This document shows, in pieces, positions 18,668 through 29,243 of a stretch of 54,831 bases of DNA. The notes under the pieces are model-generated. The model ran no database searches. It worked only from the letters and a program-made list of their open reading frames with translations, and had not been told where the DNA came from. The DNA is from Candidatus Dormiibacterota bacterium (GTDB taxonomy: Bacteria; Chloroflexota; Dormibacteria; Aeolococcales; Aeolococcaceae): assembly GCA_003153125.1 (NCBI GenBank), contig PLWW01000123.1, positions 10,463-65,293 on the forward strand, read 5' to 3'. Position numbers and translations under genes: made by a program. Each line of letters opens with the position of its first letter. Within the stretch, counting starts at the first letter, position 1.

Positions 18668-20587
18668 TCAGGCGGCGGGTGAGCCACCGGCGTGGGCGCC
18701 CTCGACAACCGGCTCGGTGGCTGCCTGTCCCTCGAACTGGGTCCGGTAGAGCTCGGCGTACAGCCCGTCGGCCGCGAGAAGCTGGCGGTGGGTGCCCTGC
18801 TCGACGACCCGTCCCTGGTCGATGACCACGATGGCGTCCGCATCGCGGACGGTGGAGAGGCGGTGGGCGATGACCAGCGAGGTGCGCCCGATCAGGGCAT
18901 GCCGCAAGGCCTCCTGCACCGCGGCCTCGGATTCGGAGTCGAGGTGGGCGGTGGCCTCGTCGAGGACGACGATGTCCGGCGCCTTGAGGAGCAGCCGGGC
19001 GATGGCGATGCGCTGCTTCTCGCCGCCGGAGAGACGGTAACCGCGGTCCCCGACAAGGGTGTCGAGGCCGTCCGGGAGGGAGGCCACGAGCGGCAGGATC
19101 TGGGCGGCGCGCAGGGCCTCGAACAGCTCGTCGTCGGTGGCGTCGGGCTTGGCATAGGCGAGGTTGGACCGGATCGTCTCGTGGAAGAGGTGGGCGTCCT
19201 GGGTCACCACGCCGACCGTCGCCCGCACCGACTCGAGGGTGGCGTCGCGGACATCGATGCCGTTGACGCGGACCGCGCCGGCGCGCACGTCGTAGAGGCG
19301 CGGGACGAGGTGGCTGAGCGTGGTCTTGCCCGCGCCCGACGGTCCCACCAAGGCCACCAGCTGGCCCGGCTTGGCGGTGAAGCTGATGTCGAAGAGCACC
19401 TGCTGGTTGTTGGTTCGCTCGAGCACGGCGACCGACTCCAACGAGGCCAGCGATACCTCCTCGGCGGAGGGATAGCGGAAGTCGACGTGGTCGAACTCGA
19501 TCGTTGCCGGTCCTCGCGGGATGGGGACGGCCTCGGGCTTCTCGGCGATCATCGGGGGCAGGTCGAGAACCTCGAAGACGCGGTCGAAGCTGACCAGCGC
19601 CGTGAGGACGTCGACCTGCACGTTGGAGAGGGCGGTGAGGGGGCCGTAGAGGCGGTTGAGATACGCGGTCAGCGCGACCACGGTTCCCACCTGGAGGGCC
19701 CCTGTGGCGGCCTGCGCGCCGCCGAGCCCGTACACGAGAGCCGTGGCCAGCGACGCCGTGAGCAGCAGGGAGGTCATGAAGACACGCGCGTACATGGCCT
19801 GGAGGACGCCGATGTCGCGGACTCGGCGCGCCTTGGCTGCGAAGCCACGCACCTCGTCCGCGGGGTGGCCGAACAACTTCACCAGCAATGCGCCGGAGAC
19901 GTTGAACCGCTCGGTCATCGTCGTGTTCATGCGTGCGTTGAGGTTGTAGGACTCACGCGTGATGCCGGCCAGCCGCTTGCCCACCCAGCGCGCCGGGAAC
20001 AGGAACACCGGCAGGAGGATGAGCGAGAGCAGGGTGATCTGCCAGGAGAGGAAGAACATCGCCACCAGGGTGATGCTCACCCCGATCACGTTGCCGACAA
20101 CCGACGCGAAGGTATCGGTGAACGCCTGCTGCGCGCCCATCACGTCGTTGTTGAGCCGCGAGATCAGGGCTCCCGTCTGGGTACGCGTGAAGAACGAGAT
20201 GGGCATCTCGTTGATGTGGGCGAACACCTTGGTGCGCATGTCAAAGATGAGGCCTTCACCGACTCGCGATGAGATCCAGCGCTGGGCGAGGCCGAGCAGT
20301 GCGTCGAAGATGGCCAGCCCGGCGACGACGCCGGCAAGAACGGCGACGAGGTTGACGTTGTGGCCGAGGACGCCATCGTCGATGATGGCGCGGTAGATGA
20401 GAGGGTTGACCGCGCCGACGAAGGCGTCGACGACGATCAGCGCCAGGAACACGACGAGCGCGCCGCGGTAAGGCCGGGCGAACGAGGCGATGCGCCGGTA
20501 GATGCCGGGGGGGAGAACATGCTGCTTGGTTGCCTCGTCGGCGCGTAGGGAGCGCAACAGGCCCCACCCGTTCATGTGCATGCCCAT
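18668..20587 (-). CDS. Fused ABC exporter (TMD + NBD)
   Basis: GPSGAGKT, LSGGEKQR, LDEATAHLD, IAHRLST; N-terminal TM domain. Confidence 0.95.
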   Translation of the reverse strand: MGMHMNGWGLLRSLRADEATKQHVLPPGIYRRIASFARPYRGALVVFLALIVVDAFVGAVNPLIYRAIIDDGVLGHNVNLVAVLAGVVAGLAIFDALLGLAQRWISSRVGEGLIFDMRTKVFAHINEMPISFFTRTQTGALISRLNNDVMGAQQAFTDTFASVVGNVIGVSITLVAMFFLSWQITLLSLILLPVFLFPARWVGKRLAGITRESYNLNARMNTTMTERFNVSGALLVKLFGHPADEVRGFAAKARRVRDIGVLQAMYARVFMTSLLLTASLATALVYGLGGAQAATGALQVGTVVALTAYLNRLYGPLTALSNVQVDVLTALVSFDRVFEVLDLPPMIAEKPEAVPIPRGPATIEFDHVDFRYPSAEEVSLASLESVAVLERTNNQQVLFDISFTAKPGQLVALVGPSGAGKTTLSHLVPRLYDVRAGAVRVNGIDVRDATLESVRATVGVVTQDAHLFHETIRSNLAYAKPDATDDELFEALRAAQILPLVASLPDGLDTLVGDRGYRLSGGEKQRIAIARLLLKAPDIVVLDEATAHLDSESEAAVQEALRHALIGRTSLVIAHRLSTVRDADAIVVIDQGRVVEQGTHRQLLAADGLYAELYRTQFEGQAATEPVVEGAHAGGSPAA

Positions 20588-20679
20588 CAGTTCTGCTCCG
20601 TGTCGCCTCGTTGAGCGTCGAGCATGACACCTCGACAGGAAACGTCCGTCGCCGCCAGCGGCGGTGGCGGCGGTCGGAA

Positions 20680-21645
20680 CTACCGCGCGATCGCGGCGAC
20701 GTGGGCCATGTCGATGACGATCTTGCCCAGCTTCTGGCCCGCAACGAAGCGCGCGTAGGCCTGGTCGGCCTGCTCCAGCCCATACGTGGCGGCCACCGGG
20801 ACATGCAGGCGTCCCGTGGCGAGGGCGGGGATGACCTCGGCCTCGACGCGGCGGGCACAGTCGGCCTTCTCCTCGAGGGGCCGGGCGCGCAGGGTCGACG
20901 CCATCAGGTGCCCGCGCCGTGCCATCAGGGTGCGCAGGTCGACCTCGGCGCGCGAACCGCCCCCGATGCCGATGACGACGATGCGCCCGCGGACGGCCAG
21001 CGCTTCCACGTTGGCCGCCAGGTTGGGTGCGCCGACCAGCTCGATGATGACGTCGAACGGACCGTGGGCGGCAGCGCCGTCCGGGCCGGTGACCACGTCG
21101 GCGCCGAGCTTGGCCACCTCGGCGCGCAGCTGCTCGGCGCGCACGGTCGCGCAGACGTGCGCTCCGGCGAGGTGAGCCAGCTGGACGGCGGCGACGCCCA
21201 CCCCACCGGCGGCACCGTTGACAAGGACATGTTCGCCGCTGCGAAGCCCGGCCTGGGTGAACAGAGCGTCGTGGGCAGTGGTGAACACCTCGGCAAAGCC
21301 GCCGGCCTCGATCCAGTCCACGGTGTCGGGGATGGCCATGAGAAGGCGTTCATGGACCGTCGCCAGCTCAGCCTGACCGCCGCCGCCGACCAGGGCCATG
21401 ACCCTGTCACCGACCCTGAACCGCGATGCTGCCGTCCCCAAGGCGATGACCTCGCCAGCCAGCTCCAGGCCGAGGATGTCAGGCGGGCTCCCCGGTGGCG
21501 CCGGGTAGAACCCCTTCAGCTGCATGAGGTCTGCGCCGTTCACGCCGGCGGCACGCACCTCGACGAGCACCTCGCCGGCGCCCGGCCGCGGGTCGCGGTG
21601 ATCGCGCACGACGAGGTTGTTGCCGACCGTGGTCACCGCACGCAC
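20680..21645 (-). CDS. NADPH:quinone oxidoreductase (zeta-crystallin/PIG3-like)
   Basis: AGVNGAD, LGLELAG, GAAGGVG, GKIVI. Confidence 0.9.
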   Translation of the reverse strand: MRAVTTVGNNLVVRDHRDPRPGAGEVLVEVRAAGVNGADLMQLKGFYPAPPGSPPDILGLELAGEVIALGTAASRFRVGDRVMALVGGGGQAELATVHERLLMAIPDTVDWIEAGGFAEVFTTAHDALFTQAGLRSGEHVLVNGAAGGVGVAAVQLAHLAGAHVCATVRAEQLRAEVAKLGADVVTGPDGAAAHGPFDVIIELVGAPNLAANVEALAVRGRIVVIGIGGGSRAEVDLRTLMARRGHLMASTLRARPLEEKADCARRVEAEVIPALATGRLHVPVAATYGLEQADQAYARFVAGQKLGKIVIDMAHVAAIAR

Positions 21646-21654
21646 GGTGTGTCC

Positions 21655-22773
21655 CTACGGGACTCGCACCGGCATGATGATGCAGAGGTAGTCGTCGCGC
21701 CCCGACGGCCGGATCACGCCTGGCTGCAGCGAGCCGTTGAAGCTGAGCTGCACCTCGTCGCAGTCGAGCACGCTCAGGGCGTCAAGAACATACCGCGCGT
21801 TGAAGGCGATCTGGACGTCGTCTCCCTTCACGTTGGCGCTGAGCGGCGCCTCGTCGTCGCCGACCTCGGCGGTCTGCGCCACCAGGGTCAGGGTGTTGTC
21901 GCCGACGCGCAGGCGCACCGGGTTGGCGGCGTCGCGGGCCAGCACCGAGGCCGTCTTGGCCTCCCGGAGCAGCGCTGCGGTGGGCAGTTTGACGGTGGTC
22001 GTCGACTCACCGGGGATGACCTGCGCGTAGTTGGGGTAATTGCCCTCGATGAGGCGGGACGAGATCTCCACGTCCTTGAGGCTGAAGAACACCTGGTTGC
22101 GCTGCTCGCTGAAGCTGATCGACACCGTGGCCCGCGTGGGGTTGACGGCCCGGGCCACCTCGCTCAGATGGCGCGACGGCACGATCACCGAACCGGTGAA
22201 GGGCTTCTCGCCGCGGACATTGACGTCAAGGGTCTTGACGGCCAGACGGTGCCGGTCGGTTGCAGCCAGGGTGAGGCGCTCGCCGTCGACCTGGAAGAGC
22301 ACACCGGTCAACACCGGTGACGCCTCGTCGGCGCTGGCCGCCATGGCGGTCTGGGACACCGCGTTGGCGAAGAGCGCGGCGTCGAGCTCGATGGCTGCCT
22401 CGGCATCGCGGCTGGGCAGCGGCGGGAACTCGACGGCGTCGATGCCATGGAGGTTGGTGCGGTGCACCCCGCAGCTGAGCTTGAGGACCTGCGTCGAGGG
22501 GTCGAGCTCCATGGTGCACGGGGCCTCGGCAAGGGATGCCACGTACTCGCTGAGCAGGCGCGCCGGGACGGTGGTACGCCCGTCCGTGGTCACCTCGGCA
22601 GGGACGGTGACGGACATGGTGAGGTCGAGGTTGGTGGCGGTCACGCGCAGGCCGGACTCGGTTGTCTCGAGCAGGACGTTGCCGAGCACGGGCAGCGTCG
22701 ACCGAGGTGAGACAGCGCGGGAGACGAGCGACAGTGCTGCACTGAGCATCGAGGGGGAGAGAGAGCACTTCAT
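21655..22773 (-). CDS. dnaN: DNA polymerase III beta clamp
   Basis: ATNLD, ATDRHRLA, SRLIEGNYPNY, IAFNARY, IMPVR. Confidence 0.97.
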   Translation of the reverse strand: MKCSLSPSMLSAALSLVSRAVSPRSTLPVLGNVLLETTESGLRVTATNLDLTMSVTVPAEVTTDGRTTVPARLLSEYVASLAEAPCTMELDPSTQVLKLSCGVHRTNLHGIDAVEFPPLPSRDAEAAIELDAALFANAVSQTAMAASADEASPVLTGVLFQVDGERLTLAATDRHRLAVKTLDVNVRGEKPFTGSVIVPSRHLSEVARAVNPTRATVSISFSEQRNQVFFSLKDVEISSRLIEGNYPNYAQVIPGESTTTVKLPTAALLREAKTASVLARDAANPVRLRVGDNTLTLVAQTAEVGDDEAPLSANVKGDDVQIAFNARYVLDALSVLDCDEVQLSFNGSLQPGVIRPSGRDDYLCIIMPVRVP

Positions 22774-23032
22774 GCTGCGGAGAACCTCACGGTGGACCCG
22801 GTTGTCACCAGCGTCCCTTAAGAGTGCGGACAGAGTCTTTGAAACAGTGGTAGTACCTAGTGGGGTCGATTTGGTGAACAAGTCACCAAACCACAGCCTC
22901 CACAAGGGAATTGACGCGGAACAAGCTGTGCGTTGAGAACCCCGGGATCAGTGTTGAGCCAGGACGCGTCGCTGGCCGCAGACGAGCACACAGGTTGCGC
23001 CGCACATATCCACAGGACTGTCCCGCCAATCA
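22774..23032. other. Replication origin oriC (dnaA-dnaN intergenic)
   Basis: Position between dnaA and dnaN, lower GC, degenerate DnaA boxes (ATATCCACA 23006, GGTGAACAA 22873) and a trio-like TAG/TAC run at 22845-22863. Confidence 0.75.
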
Positions 23033-24463
23033 TCAGTGCTGATGGAGGCGCTGGCGGATCTGGCGGAGGTCACCCTGCAGACGCACGTCCTCGAGGACCA
23101 GGTCGGTGATCTTCTCGATGGCGTGCAGCGCGGTTGTGTGGTCCCGTCCGCCGAACGCCGCGCCGATGACGGGCAGGGACGACTCGGTTTCCTCACGCAC
23201 GATGTACATGGCCACCTGGCGCGGGAAGACGATGTGCTTGTCGCGCCGCTTGCTTTTCATCTCCTCGACCGAGATGTTGAAAAACGCGGCCACCGTCTCC
23301 TGGATCAGGTCGATGCTGAGGGGAGTCCTGTCGCCGGCCGGGATGATATCCGCAAGGATCGTCTGCGCCGCCTCGACGGTCACCGCCCGGCCGTTGATCG
23401 AGGCGTGGGCGAGGACGCGGATCAGTGCCCCCTCGAGCTCGCGGATGTTGCGCTGGATCTTGTGGGCGATGAAGCTGCACACGTCGTCGGGTACGAGCGA
23501 GCTGTGCACGCCCAGCTTGGTGTTGAGGATGGCCAGGCGCGTTTCGAAGTCCGGGGGCTGGATGTCGGCCATGAGGCCGCCCTCGAAGCGGCTGCGCAGC
23601 CGGTCCTCGAGCGTGGGGATGTCCTTGGGTGGCCGGTCGCTGCTCACCACGATCTGCTTCTGGATCTCGTGGAGCGCGTTGAAGGTGTGGAAGAACTCCT
23701 CCTGGGTGCGGTCCTTGCCGGCCAGGAACTGGATGTCGTCGATCAGGAGCACGTCGACTGTGCGGTAGCGCGTGCGGAAGTCCGAGGTGCGGTTCTCCTG
23801 GATGGAGGCGATCATCTCGTTCATGAATTTCTCGGAGGTGATGTAGGCCACCTTGGGCGGGCGGCGGTGGCCGTCGCGGACGGCGTGCCCGATCGCCTGC
23901 ATGAGGTGGGTCTTGCCGAGGCCGACGCCTCCGTAGAGGAAGAGCGGGTTGTACGCCTTTCCGGGGGCGTCGGCGACGGCGCGGCAGGCGGCGTGCGCGA
24001 ACCGGCTGCTGTTGCCCACCACGAACGTCGAGAACATAAAGTTGGGATTGAGGCGCGTCGCGTTGCTGCCAGAAGTGGCAGATTCACCAACGATGCCGTA
24101 GGCGGGTTCGGGGGCGTCGGCGATGGGGGCGGGCTCGTCCGGGGGTGGGCCCGCCGCCGGGTCGACGGTGATGATCACCTCGCAGTCGCGAGAGATGAGG
24201 CCGCTGATCGTTTCGCGGATCACCGCCGCGTAGCGCTCGATCAACCAGTCGCGAGCCAGCCTCGTGGGCACACCGATCGTGAAGGTGTATCCGTCACTGT
24301 CGACGAGAACCGCGTTTGCCAGCCAGGTCTCGTAGCCGGGGCGGGCCAGTTGGAAACGCAGTTCCTCCTGTGCGGATTGCCAGATCTGGTGGGCCTCTGA
24401 GGGAATGGTGGTGTCTGCCGGCGCATTCACGTCAACGTCGCGGGGAATGCCCGTACCAGACAA
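23033..24463 (-). CDS. dnaA: Chromosomal replication initiator DnaA
   Basis: YNPLFLYGGVGLGKTHL, LLIDDIQF, RELEGA, GGRDHTT; TTG start after a GGGGAG SD inferred. Confidence 0.98.
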   Translation of the reverse strand: MSGTGIPRDVDVNAPADTTIPSEAHQIWQSAQEELRFQLARPGYETWLANAVLVDSDGYTFTIGVPTRLARDWLIERYAAVIRETISGLISRDCEVIITVDPAAGPPPDEPAPIADAPEPAYGIVGESATSGSNATRLNPNFMFSTFVVGNSSRFAHAACRAVADAPGKAYNPLFLYGGVGLGKTHLMQAIGHAVRDGHRRPPKVAYITSEKFMNEMIASIQENRTSDFRTRYRTVDVLLIDDIQFLAGKDRTQEEFFHTFNALHEIQKQIVVSSDRPPKDIPTLEDRLRSRFEGGLMADIQPPDFETRLAILNTKLGVHSSLVPDDVCSFIAHKIQRNIRELEGALIRVLAHASINGRAVTVEAAQTILADIIPAGDRTPLSIDLIQETVAAFFNISVEEMKSKRRDKHIVFPRQVAMYIVREETESSLPVIGAAFGGRDHTTALHAIEKITDLVLEDVRLQGDLRQIRQRLHQH

Positions 24464-24509
24464 ATCATCTCCCCCTTCTGGTTGGCCAGCCTGAGATCCG
24501 CGCCGCCAC

Positions 24510-24540
24510 TTCTGCACAGGTTGTGCACAAGAGTGGATAA
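24510..24540. promoter_or_regulatory. DnaA box cluster upstream of dnaA
   Basis: TTCTGCACA (24510), TTGTGCACA (24521), AGTGGATAA (24532; TTATCCACT on the minus strand). Confidence 0.7.
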
Positions 24541-24780
24541 ACGACGGGTTGGCGCACCGACGGAAACGATGGAGGGACGAAGTTGCGAAACGTCGCCCGC
24601 CGGGGCAGCGAGCAGTCTAGCAACGCGAAGGGGGCGTCACAATGGGCACAGGTCGCGGCCCGTTCAGCGACGCCGCTGCTATACTCCGCCGACCACTCCG
24701 ACGACCGGAGTCACCTGCCGCCACGTTCGGCGCGCCCACCTCACGCGGTCGTCGAACCTCCTCTCTGCGGAGTCACCGAC

Positions 24781-24927
24781 ATCAAGCGGACCTACCAGCC
24801 CAAGAAGAAGTACCGGCGCAAGACCCACGGGTTTCGCATCCGGATGTCGACACCCGGTGGACGCCAGGTGCTCAAGGCGCGGCGTCGCAAGGGACGCAAG
24901 CGCCTGACCCCAGCGCCTCCACGGTGA
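24781..24927 (+). CDS. rpmH: 50S ribosomal protein L34 (ATC start)
   Basis: (I)[41 protein letters not shown]; SD GGAG 8 nt upstream. Confidence 0.95.
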   Translation: MKRTYQPKKKYRRKTHGFRIRMSTPGGRQVLKARRRKGRKRLTPAPPR

Positions 24928-25319
24928 TCTCGCGACATCGCCTGCGTGGGCGACGTCGCTTTGCCGCCACCCGCGCCGGTGGGCTGCGCGCCTCCGCAGC
25001 CGGCGTCCGCGTCCACGTGGCCGGCAACGGCATGGACGTGGCGCGGGTGGGGTTCGCCCCCGTCGGTCTGCGCAGCTCGGTGCGGCGCAACCTGCTGCGC
25101 CGGCGGCTTCGCGAGGCGGTTCGCCCCCTGCTCGCCTCTCTGGCGGGCCACGACGCCGTCATCGTCGCCGGCTCGGAGGCCTCAGAGTTGTCGTTCGAAG
25201 CTCTCAGCGCCGCCGTCAGGACGTGCATCACCCGCGCCCTGCAGCGTCATGACAGTGTCGTTGCGCCCTCGACGCGGGACAATACGGTGATGGCCCACCT
25301 GCCGAGGTCGAACCGATGA
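24924..25319 (+). CDS. rnpA: Ribonuclease P protein component
   Basis: RVGF and [13 protein letters not shown] (RNR-like motif); follows rpmH. Confidence 0.88.
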   Translation: MISRHRLRGRRRFAATRAGGLRASAAGVRVHVAGNGMDVARVGFAPVGLRSSVRRNLLRRRLREAVRPLLASLAGHDAVIVAGSEASELSFEALSAAVRTCITRALQRHDSVVAPSTRDNTVMAHLPRSNR

Positions 25320-25600
25320 CCCGCCTCAGCCTCCTGCTGATCCGGGTCTACCGCGTGACCGTCGGTCCGCTGTTCGGGATGATGAGCAGCTGCCGGTACG
25401 AGCCAACCTGCTCGCAGTACGGCTACGCGTCGATCGAACGCTTCGGTGCACGGCGGGGTTGGTGGCTGGCCCTGCGACGGATCAGCAGATGCCACCCCTT
25501 CCATGAGGGCGGAATCGACCTCGTTCCCGACCAGTACTTGTCGTGGCGAGAGGCGCGCCGCCGCCGCCGCGCACCGCTGTCCGAGGGTTCCGCCCGATGA
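25316..25600 (+). CDS. yidD: Membrane protein insertion efficiency factor
   Basis: CRYEPTCSQY and RISRCHPF. Confidence 0.95.
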   Translation: MTRLSLLLIRVYRVTVGPLFGMMSSCRYEPTCSQYGYASIERFGARRGWWLALRRISRCHPFHEGGIDLVPDQYLSWREARRRRRAPLSEGSAR

Positions 25601-26634
25601 TGGTCGGTTCGATCTTCGATGCCCTCGGCGTTCCCTTCCAGCTCTGCCTCGAGGGCCTCACCCACTTCTTCAACGCCATCGGCCCGCTGGCCACGGTGGG
25701 TTCCTTCGGCCTGGCGGTCATCGCCACCACGATCATCATCCGTGGCGCCCTGTTCCCCATCTTCGGCTGGCAGCTGAAGACCAGCCGCCGCATCCAGGCG
25801 GAGCAGCGTCTGATCGCCCCACAACTCGCTGAGCTGCGCAAAAAATACAAGAAGGAACCACAGAAGCTCAGCGAGGAGATGAAGAAGCTCTACGCGGAGC
25901 ACCAGGTGTCGCCCTTCAGCAGCCTGTCGGGCTGCCTTCCCGCCCTGGTGCAGGCACCGGTGCTGATCGGTCTCTACCGCGGCATCACCGCTGCCACGAG
26001 CAACCTGCCCAAGGGCACAGGCCTCGGCTTCCTGTGGATCACGAACGTGTCCGAGTCGGGAGTGAAGCAGTGCTGCACCGTGGCCGGGAAGACCGACTAC
26101 CTGCAGGTCCTCGCCCACCCGGCCGCGCTGATCCTGCCCCTGCTGGCGGCCATTCTCACCTTCGCGCAGTCGCGAATGATGATGCCGCCGCAGCGGCCGG
26201 ACATGACCGACCAGGAACGCACCATGGCCAACGTGACCAAGCAGATGTCGGTCCTCTTCCCGCTGATCATCTTCTGGCTGAGCCTCAACTTCCCGCAGGG
26301 CCTTGCGCTGTACTGGGTCACCGGCACGCTGTTCATGGTTCTCCAGCAGTACCACCTCGTCGGATGGGGATCGTTGAAGGTGCCAGAGTGGTTTCCCGGC
26401 GCCGGCCGGGTCACCGCTCTCTCCTACCCCAAGCAACCACCGCCACGGGCGCCAAGGGCCACGGCGTCGGCGGCCACCAACGGAGCCGTCGCGCCAGACG
26501 GCAACGGCCGCGCGCCGTCGCGCCGGCGGGGCAGCGGTCCTGCCGTCCCGGCTCCAGCGCCGCTCGTCGCGGGTGCGGTCAACGCCCCCCCGGCGCGACC
26601 CCCCAAGAAACGCACCAACAAGCGCCGTCGCTAG
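25597..26634 (+). CDS. yidC: YidC/Oxa1 membrane insertase
   Basis: GCLPALVQAP, FLWI, GLALYW; expected synteny. Confidence 0.95.
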   Translation: MMVGSIFDALGVPFQLCLEGLTHFFNAIGPLATVGSFGLAVIATTIIIRGALFPIFGWQLKTSRRIQAEQRLIAPQLAELRKKYKKEPQKLSEEMKKLYAEHQVSPFSSLSGCLPALVQAPVLIGLYRGITAATSNLPKGTGLGFLWITNVSESGVKQCCTVAGKTDYLQVLAHPAALILPLLAAILTFAQSRMMMPPQRPDMTDQERTMANVTKQMSVLFPLIIFWLSLNFPQGLALYWVTGTLFMVLQQYHLVGWGSLKVPEWFPGAGRVTALSYPKQPPPRAPRATASAATNGAVAPDGNGRAPSRRRGSGPAVPAPAPLVAGAVNAPPARPPKKRTNKRRR

Positions 26635-26658
26635 GCAGCGGAGGCTGAGGAGATCAAC

Positions 26659-27402
26659 GTGAACGACACCGAGCAGGCGCCGGCCCACTCCGCCGCGCCC
26701 GGCGTCGAGGGCACCGGCGTCACCGTCGACGAGGCCACGGCCACCGCCCTCGCCCAGCTCGGCGCGGAGCGTCACGAGGTCGTCGTCGACGTGATCTCCC
26801 GGGGTGGTGCGCGCCCGGCGCCGGGGGAGTACCTCTCGTCCAGTGCCGCCCGTGTTCGGGTGAGCCGTCTCGACGACCACACCGCTCGCGGCCGCGACCT
26901 GCTCGGCTCACTTCTCGAGGCCATGGAGATCCCGGCGCGCGTCTCGGTGCGTCGTGGCACCAGCCCTCGCGCGGGCGAGGCGGAGGCGCCACTGATCCTC
27001 GAGGTGTCCGGTGACGACCTCGGCCTGCTCATCGGCTGGCGCGGGGAGACGCTGCGGGCGCTCCAGACCACCCTCAACCTGATGATGGGCGACGACCACG
27101 CAGAGGGCCAGGGAGGTCGCCTCATCCTCGACGTCGAGCGCTACCGCGCACGCCGCGAGGACCAGGTCCGCGAGCTCGCCCAGCGGCTCGCGGAGCGCGT
27201 CAGGGTGAGCGGCGAGCGTTACACCCTCGACCCCATGCACGCCTACGAGCGCCGCATCATCCACCTGACCCTGCAGGACGACCCCGGGGTGCGCACCGAG
27301 AGCAGCGGCCAGGAGCCGGCGCGTCGCGTGGTCATCCATCCCACCGGCTCTTCCCAGGGTGGCCTGGCAGCCCGGCCGGAACGGGGGCGCGGGCGCTGGT
27401 AG
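26659..27402 (+). CDS. jag: Jag/KhpB (EloR) RNA-binding protein
   Basis: Jag_N region, KH (LIGWRGETLRALQ), R3H (ERRIIH). Confidence 0.92.
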   Translation: MNDTEQAPAHSAAPGVEGTGVTVDEATATALAQLGAERHEVVVDVISRGGARPAPGEYLSSSAARVRVSRLDDHTARGRDLLGSLLEAMEIPARVSVRRGTSPRAGEAEAPLILEVSGDDLGLLIGWRGETLRALQTTLNLMMGDDHAEGQGGRLILDVERYRARREDQVRELAQRLAERVRVSGERYTLDPMHAYERRIIHLTLQDDPGVRTESSGQEPARRVVIHPTGSSQGGLAARPERGRGRW

Positions 27403-27449
27403 CCACGGCCGCCGACCGCGGCCACGTCCGGACCATCCTGGACGGAGGA

Positions 27450-28685
27450 GTGCGCTTGCTCGCCGCCCCCATGCGTGAGCGCGCCTCGGTGAGCATCGCC
27501 TTCATGTTCGGCACCGGCTCACGCGTCGAGAAGCCCGACGAGTGCGGACTCGCCCACTTCATCGAGCACATGGTCTTCAAGGGTGGCGCGGCGTACCCCA
27601 CCGCGCGCCGGATCAGTGAGGCGATCGAGGGCGTTGGGGGCACCATCAACGCCTCCACGGACCGGGAGGCGACGATCTTCTGGGCCAAGGTCCCTGCCGA
27701 CCGTGTCGACGTCGCCGTGGCCGTTCTCGGCGACATGCTGCTCTCGCCATGCTTCCGCGAGGAGGACGTCGAGCGTGAGCGGCAGGTCGTGATCGAAGAG
27801 CTGCGCATGTACGAGGACAGCCCCCAGGACCACGTGCACACCCTCTTCGACGCCATCATGTGGCCGGACCACCCCCTCGGCTGGGACGTCGCCGGAACCG
27901 AGGCCACGGTCACGTCCTTCACGGCGGCGGACTGCCGCCGCCATCTGCGACGCCACTACCAAGGCCGCGACCTCGTCGTTTCCGTCGCCGGAGCTCTCGA
28001 CACCGACCGAGTGGCAGAACTGGTGACCGGCGCCCTGGCCGGCTGGCCCGTCCACGAAGGCTCTGCCGCCGTCCCTCTGCCCGCTGCGGATCCCACGGGC
28101 GCGGCGGTGAGCGTGCTCGACCGCCGCGCCGGACAGGCCAACATCGTGCTCGGCGCGCGCGCGCCCTCGTACCGCGATGAGCGCCGCTTCACCGCCGACA
28201 TCCTCAACGTCGTGCTCGGCGAGGGGATGTCGAGCCGGCTGTTCCTCGAACTGCGCGAGGAGCGCGCCCTCGCCTACGACGTGCATTCCTTTCTCACCAG
28301 GGTTGCCGACAGCGGGACCCTGGCCATCTCGCTCGGCTGCGAGCCCAAGCGCGCCCTGGTGGCAATCCGTGCCGCGGTCGACGAGCTGAGGCGGCTCGCC
28401 ACCGATCCTGTGCCGGCGGCAGAGCTGGAGAGGGCCAAGGAGTACGCACGCGGCCGACTCTCGGTCCAGCTGGAGAGCACATCGGCGCTGTGCAACCACC
28501 TCGGCCAGCAGGAGCTGCTGACCGGCGAGATCCTCCTCGCCGAGGACATCGCCGAGCGCCTTGTCGGCGTTGACGCCGAAGCGATCCGCTCCCTGGCGGC
28601 CGACATTCTCGGCGGCGGTCTGCGCGCCGCGGTGATCGGCCCCTTCCGCAAGCCCGACCCGTTCCTCGAGGCCCTCAACGCCTGA
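27450..28685 (+). CDS. M16 family zinc peptidase
   Basis: HFIEH inverted zinc motif, [12 protein letters not shown]. Homology appears to extend upstream to about 27396. Confidence 0.92.
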   Translation: MRLLAAPMRERASVSIAFMFGTGSRVEKPDECGLAHFIEHMVFKGGAAYPTARRISEAIEGVGGTINASTDREATIFWAKVPADRVDVAVAVLGDMLLSPCFREEDVERERQVVIEELRMYEDSPQDHVHTLFDAIMWPDHPLGWDVAGTEATVTSFTAADCRRHLRRHYQGRDLVVSVAGALDTDRVAELVTGALAGWPVHEGSAAVPLPAADPTGAAVSVLDRRAGQANIVLGARAPSYRDERRFTADILNVVLGEGMSSRLFLELREERALAYDVHSFLTRVADSGTLAISLGCEPKRALVAIRAAVDELRRLATDPVPAAELERAKEYARGRLSVQLESTSALCNHLGQQELLTGEILLAEDIAERLVGVDAEAIRSLAADILGGGLRAAVIGPFRKPDPFLEALNA

Positions 28686-28761
28686 ACGCGACCCCGGCGG
28701 TGGCAGGGTGGCGGCGTTCGGATATGGTGGCCGTCGCGTCCATCCGCCTGTAGAGATCACC

Positions 28762-29223
28762 ATGCACACAGAGCGAACCCTGGTGCTGATCAAGCCCGAT
28801 GCGGTCCAGCGCGGGCTGATCGGCGAGATCATCACCCGCTTCGAGCGGCGCGGCCTCCACCCGGCCGCCATCAAGCTGATGACGGTCACCACCGAGCTTG
28901 CGGAGCGCCACTATGCCGAGCACCGCGAGCGGCCCTTCTTCCCCGGCCTGCTCGAGTTCATCACCTCGTCACCGGTGGTGGCGATGGCGTGGGAGGGCCC
29001 CGGCGCCGTGGCGCTCGTCCGCTCGATGATGGGCACCACCGACCCCGCCGGCTCCCCACCGGGCACCATCCGCGGTGACCTCGCGGTGAGCCTGGCGATG
29101 AACGTCATCCACGGCAGCGACTCGGTGGAGAGCGCCGCACGCGAGGTGTCCATCTTCTTCTCCGACGCTGAACTGGTCGACTGGGAGAACAGCGCCGCCG
29201 CCTGGGTCGTCGCCGAGGACTGA
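28762..29223 (+). CDS. ndk: Nucleoside diphosphate kinase
   Basis: [21 protein letters not shown]. Confidence 0.97.
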   Translation: MHTERTLVLIKPDAVQRGLIGEIITRFERRGLHPAAIKLMTVTTELAERHYAEHRERPFFPGLLEFITSSPVVAMAWEGPGAVALVRSMMGTTDPAGSPPGTIRGDLAVSLAMNVIHGSDSVESAAREVSIFFSDAELVDWENSAAAWVVAED

Positions 29224-29243
29224 CCGCCCCTCGAGGCGGCCGT

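Noticed and set aside
14158-22320. Long antisense and alternate-frame ORFs (e.g. 14158-16077, 18692-20272, 20530-22320)
   Set aside because: Shadow ORFs typical of high-GC DNA, opposite well-supported genes and without motifs.
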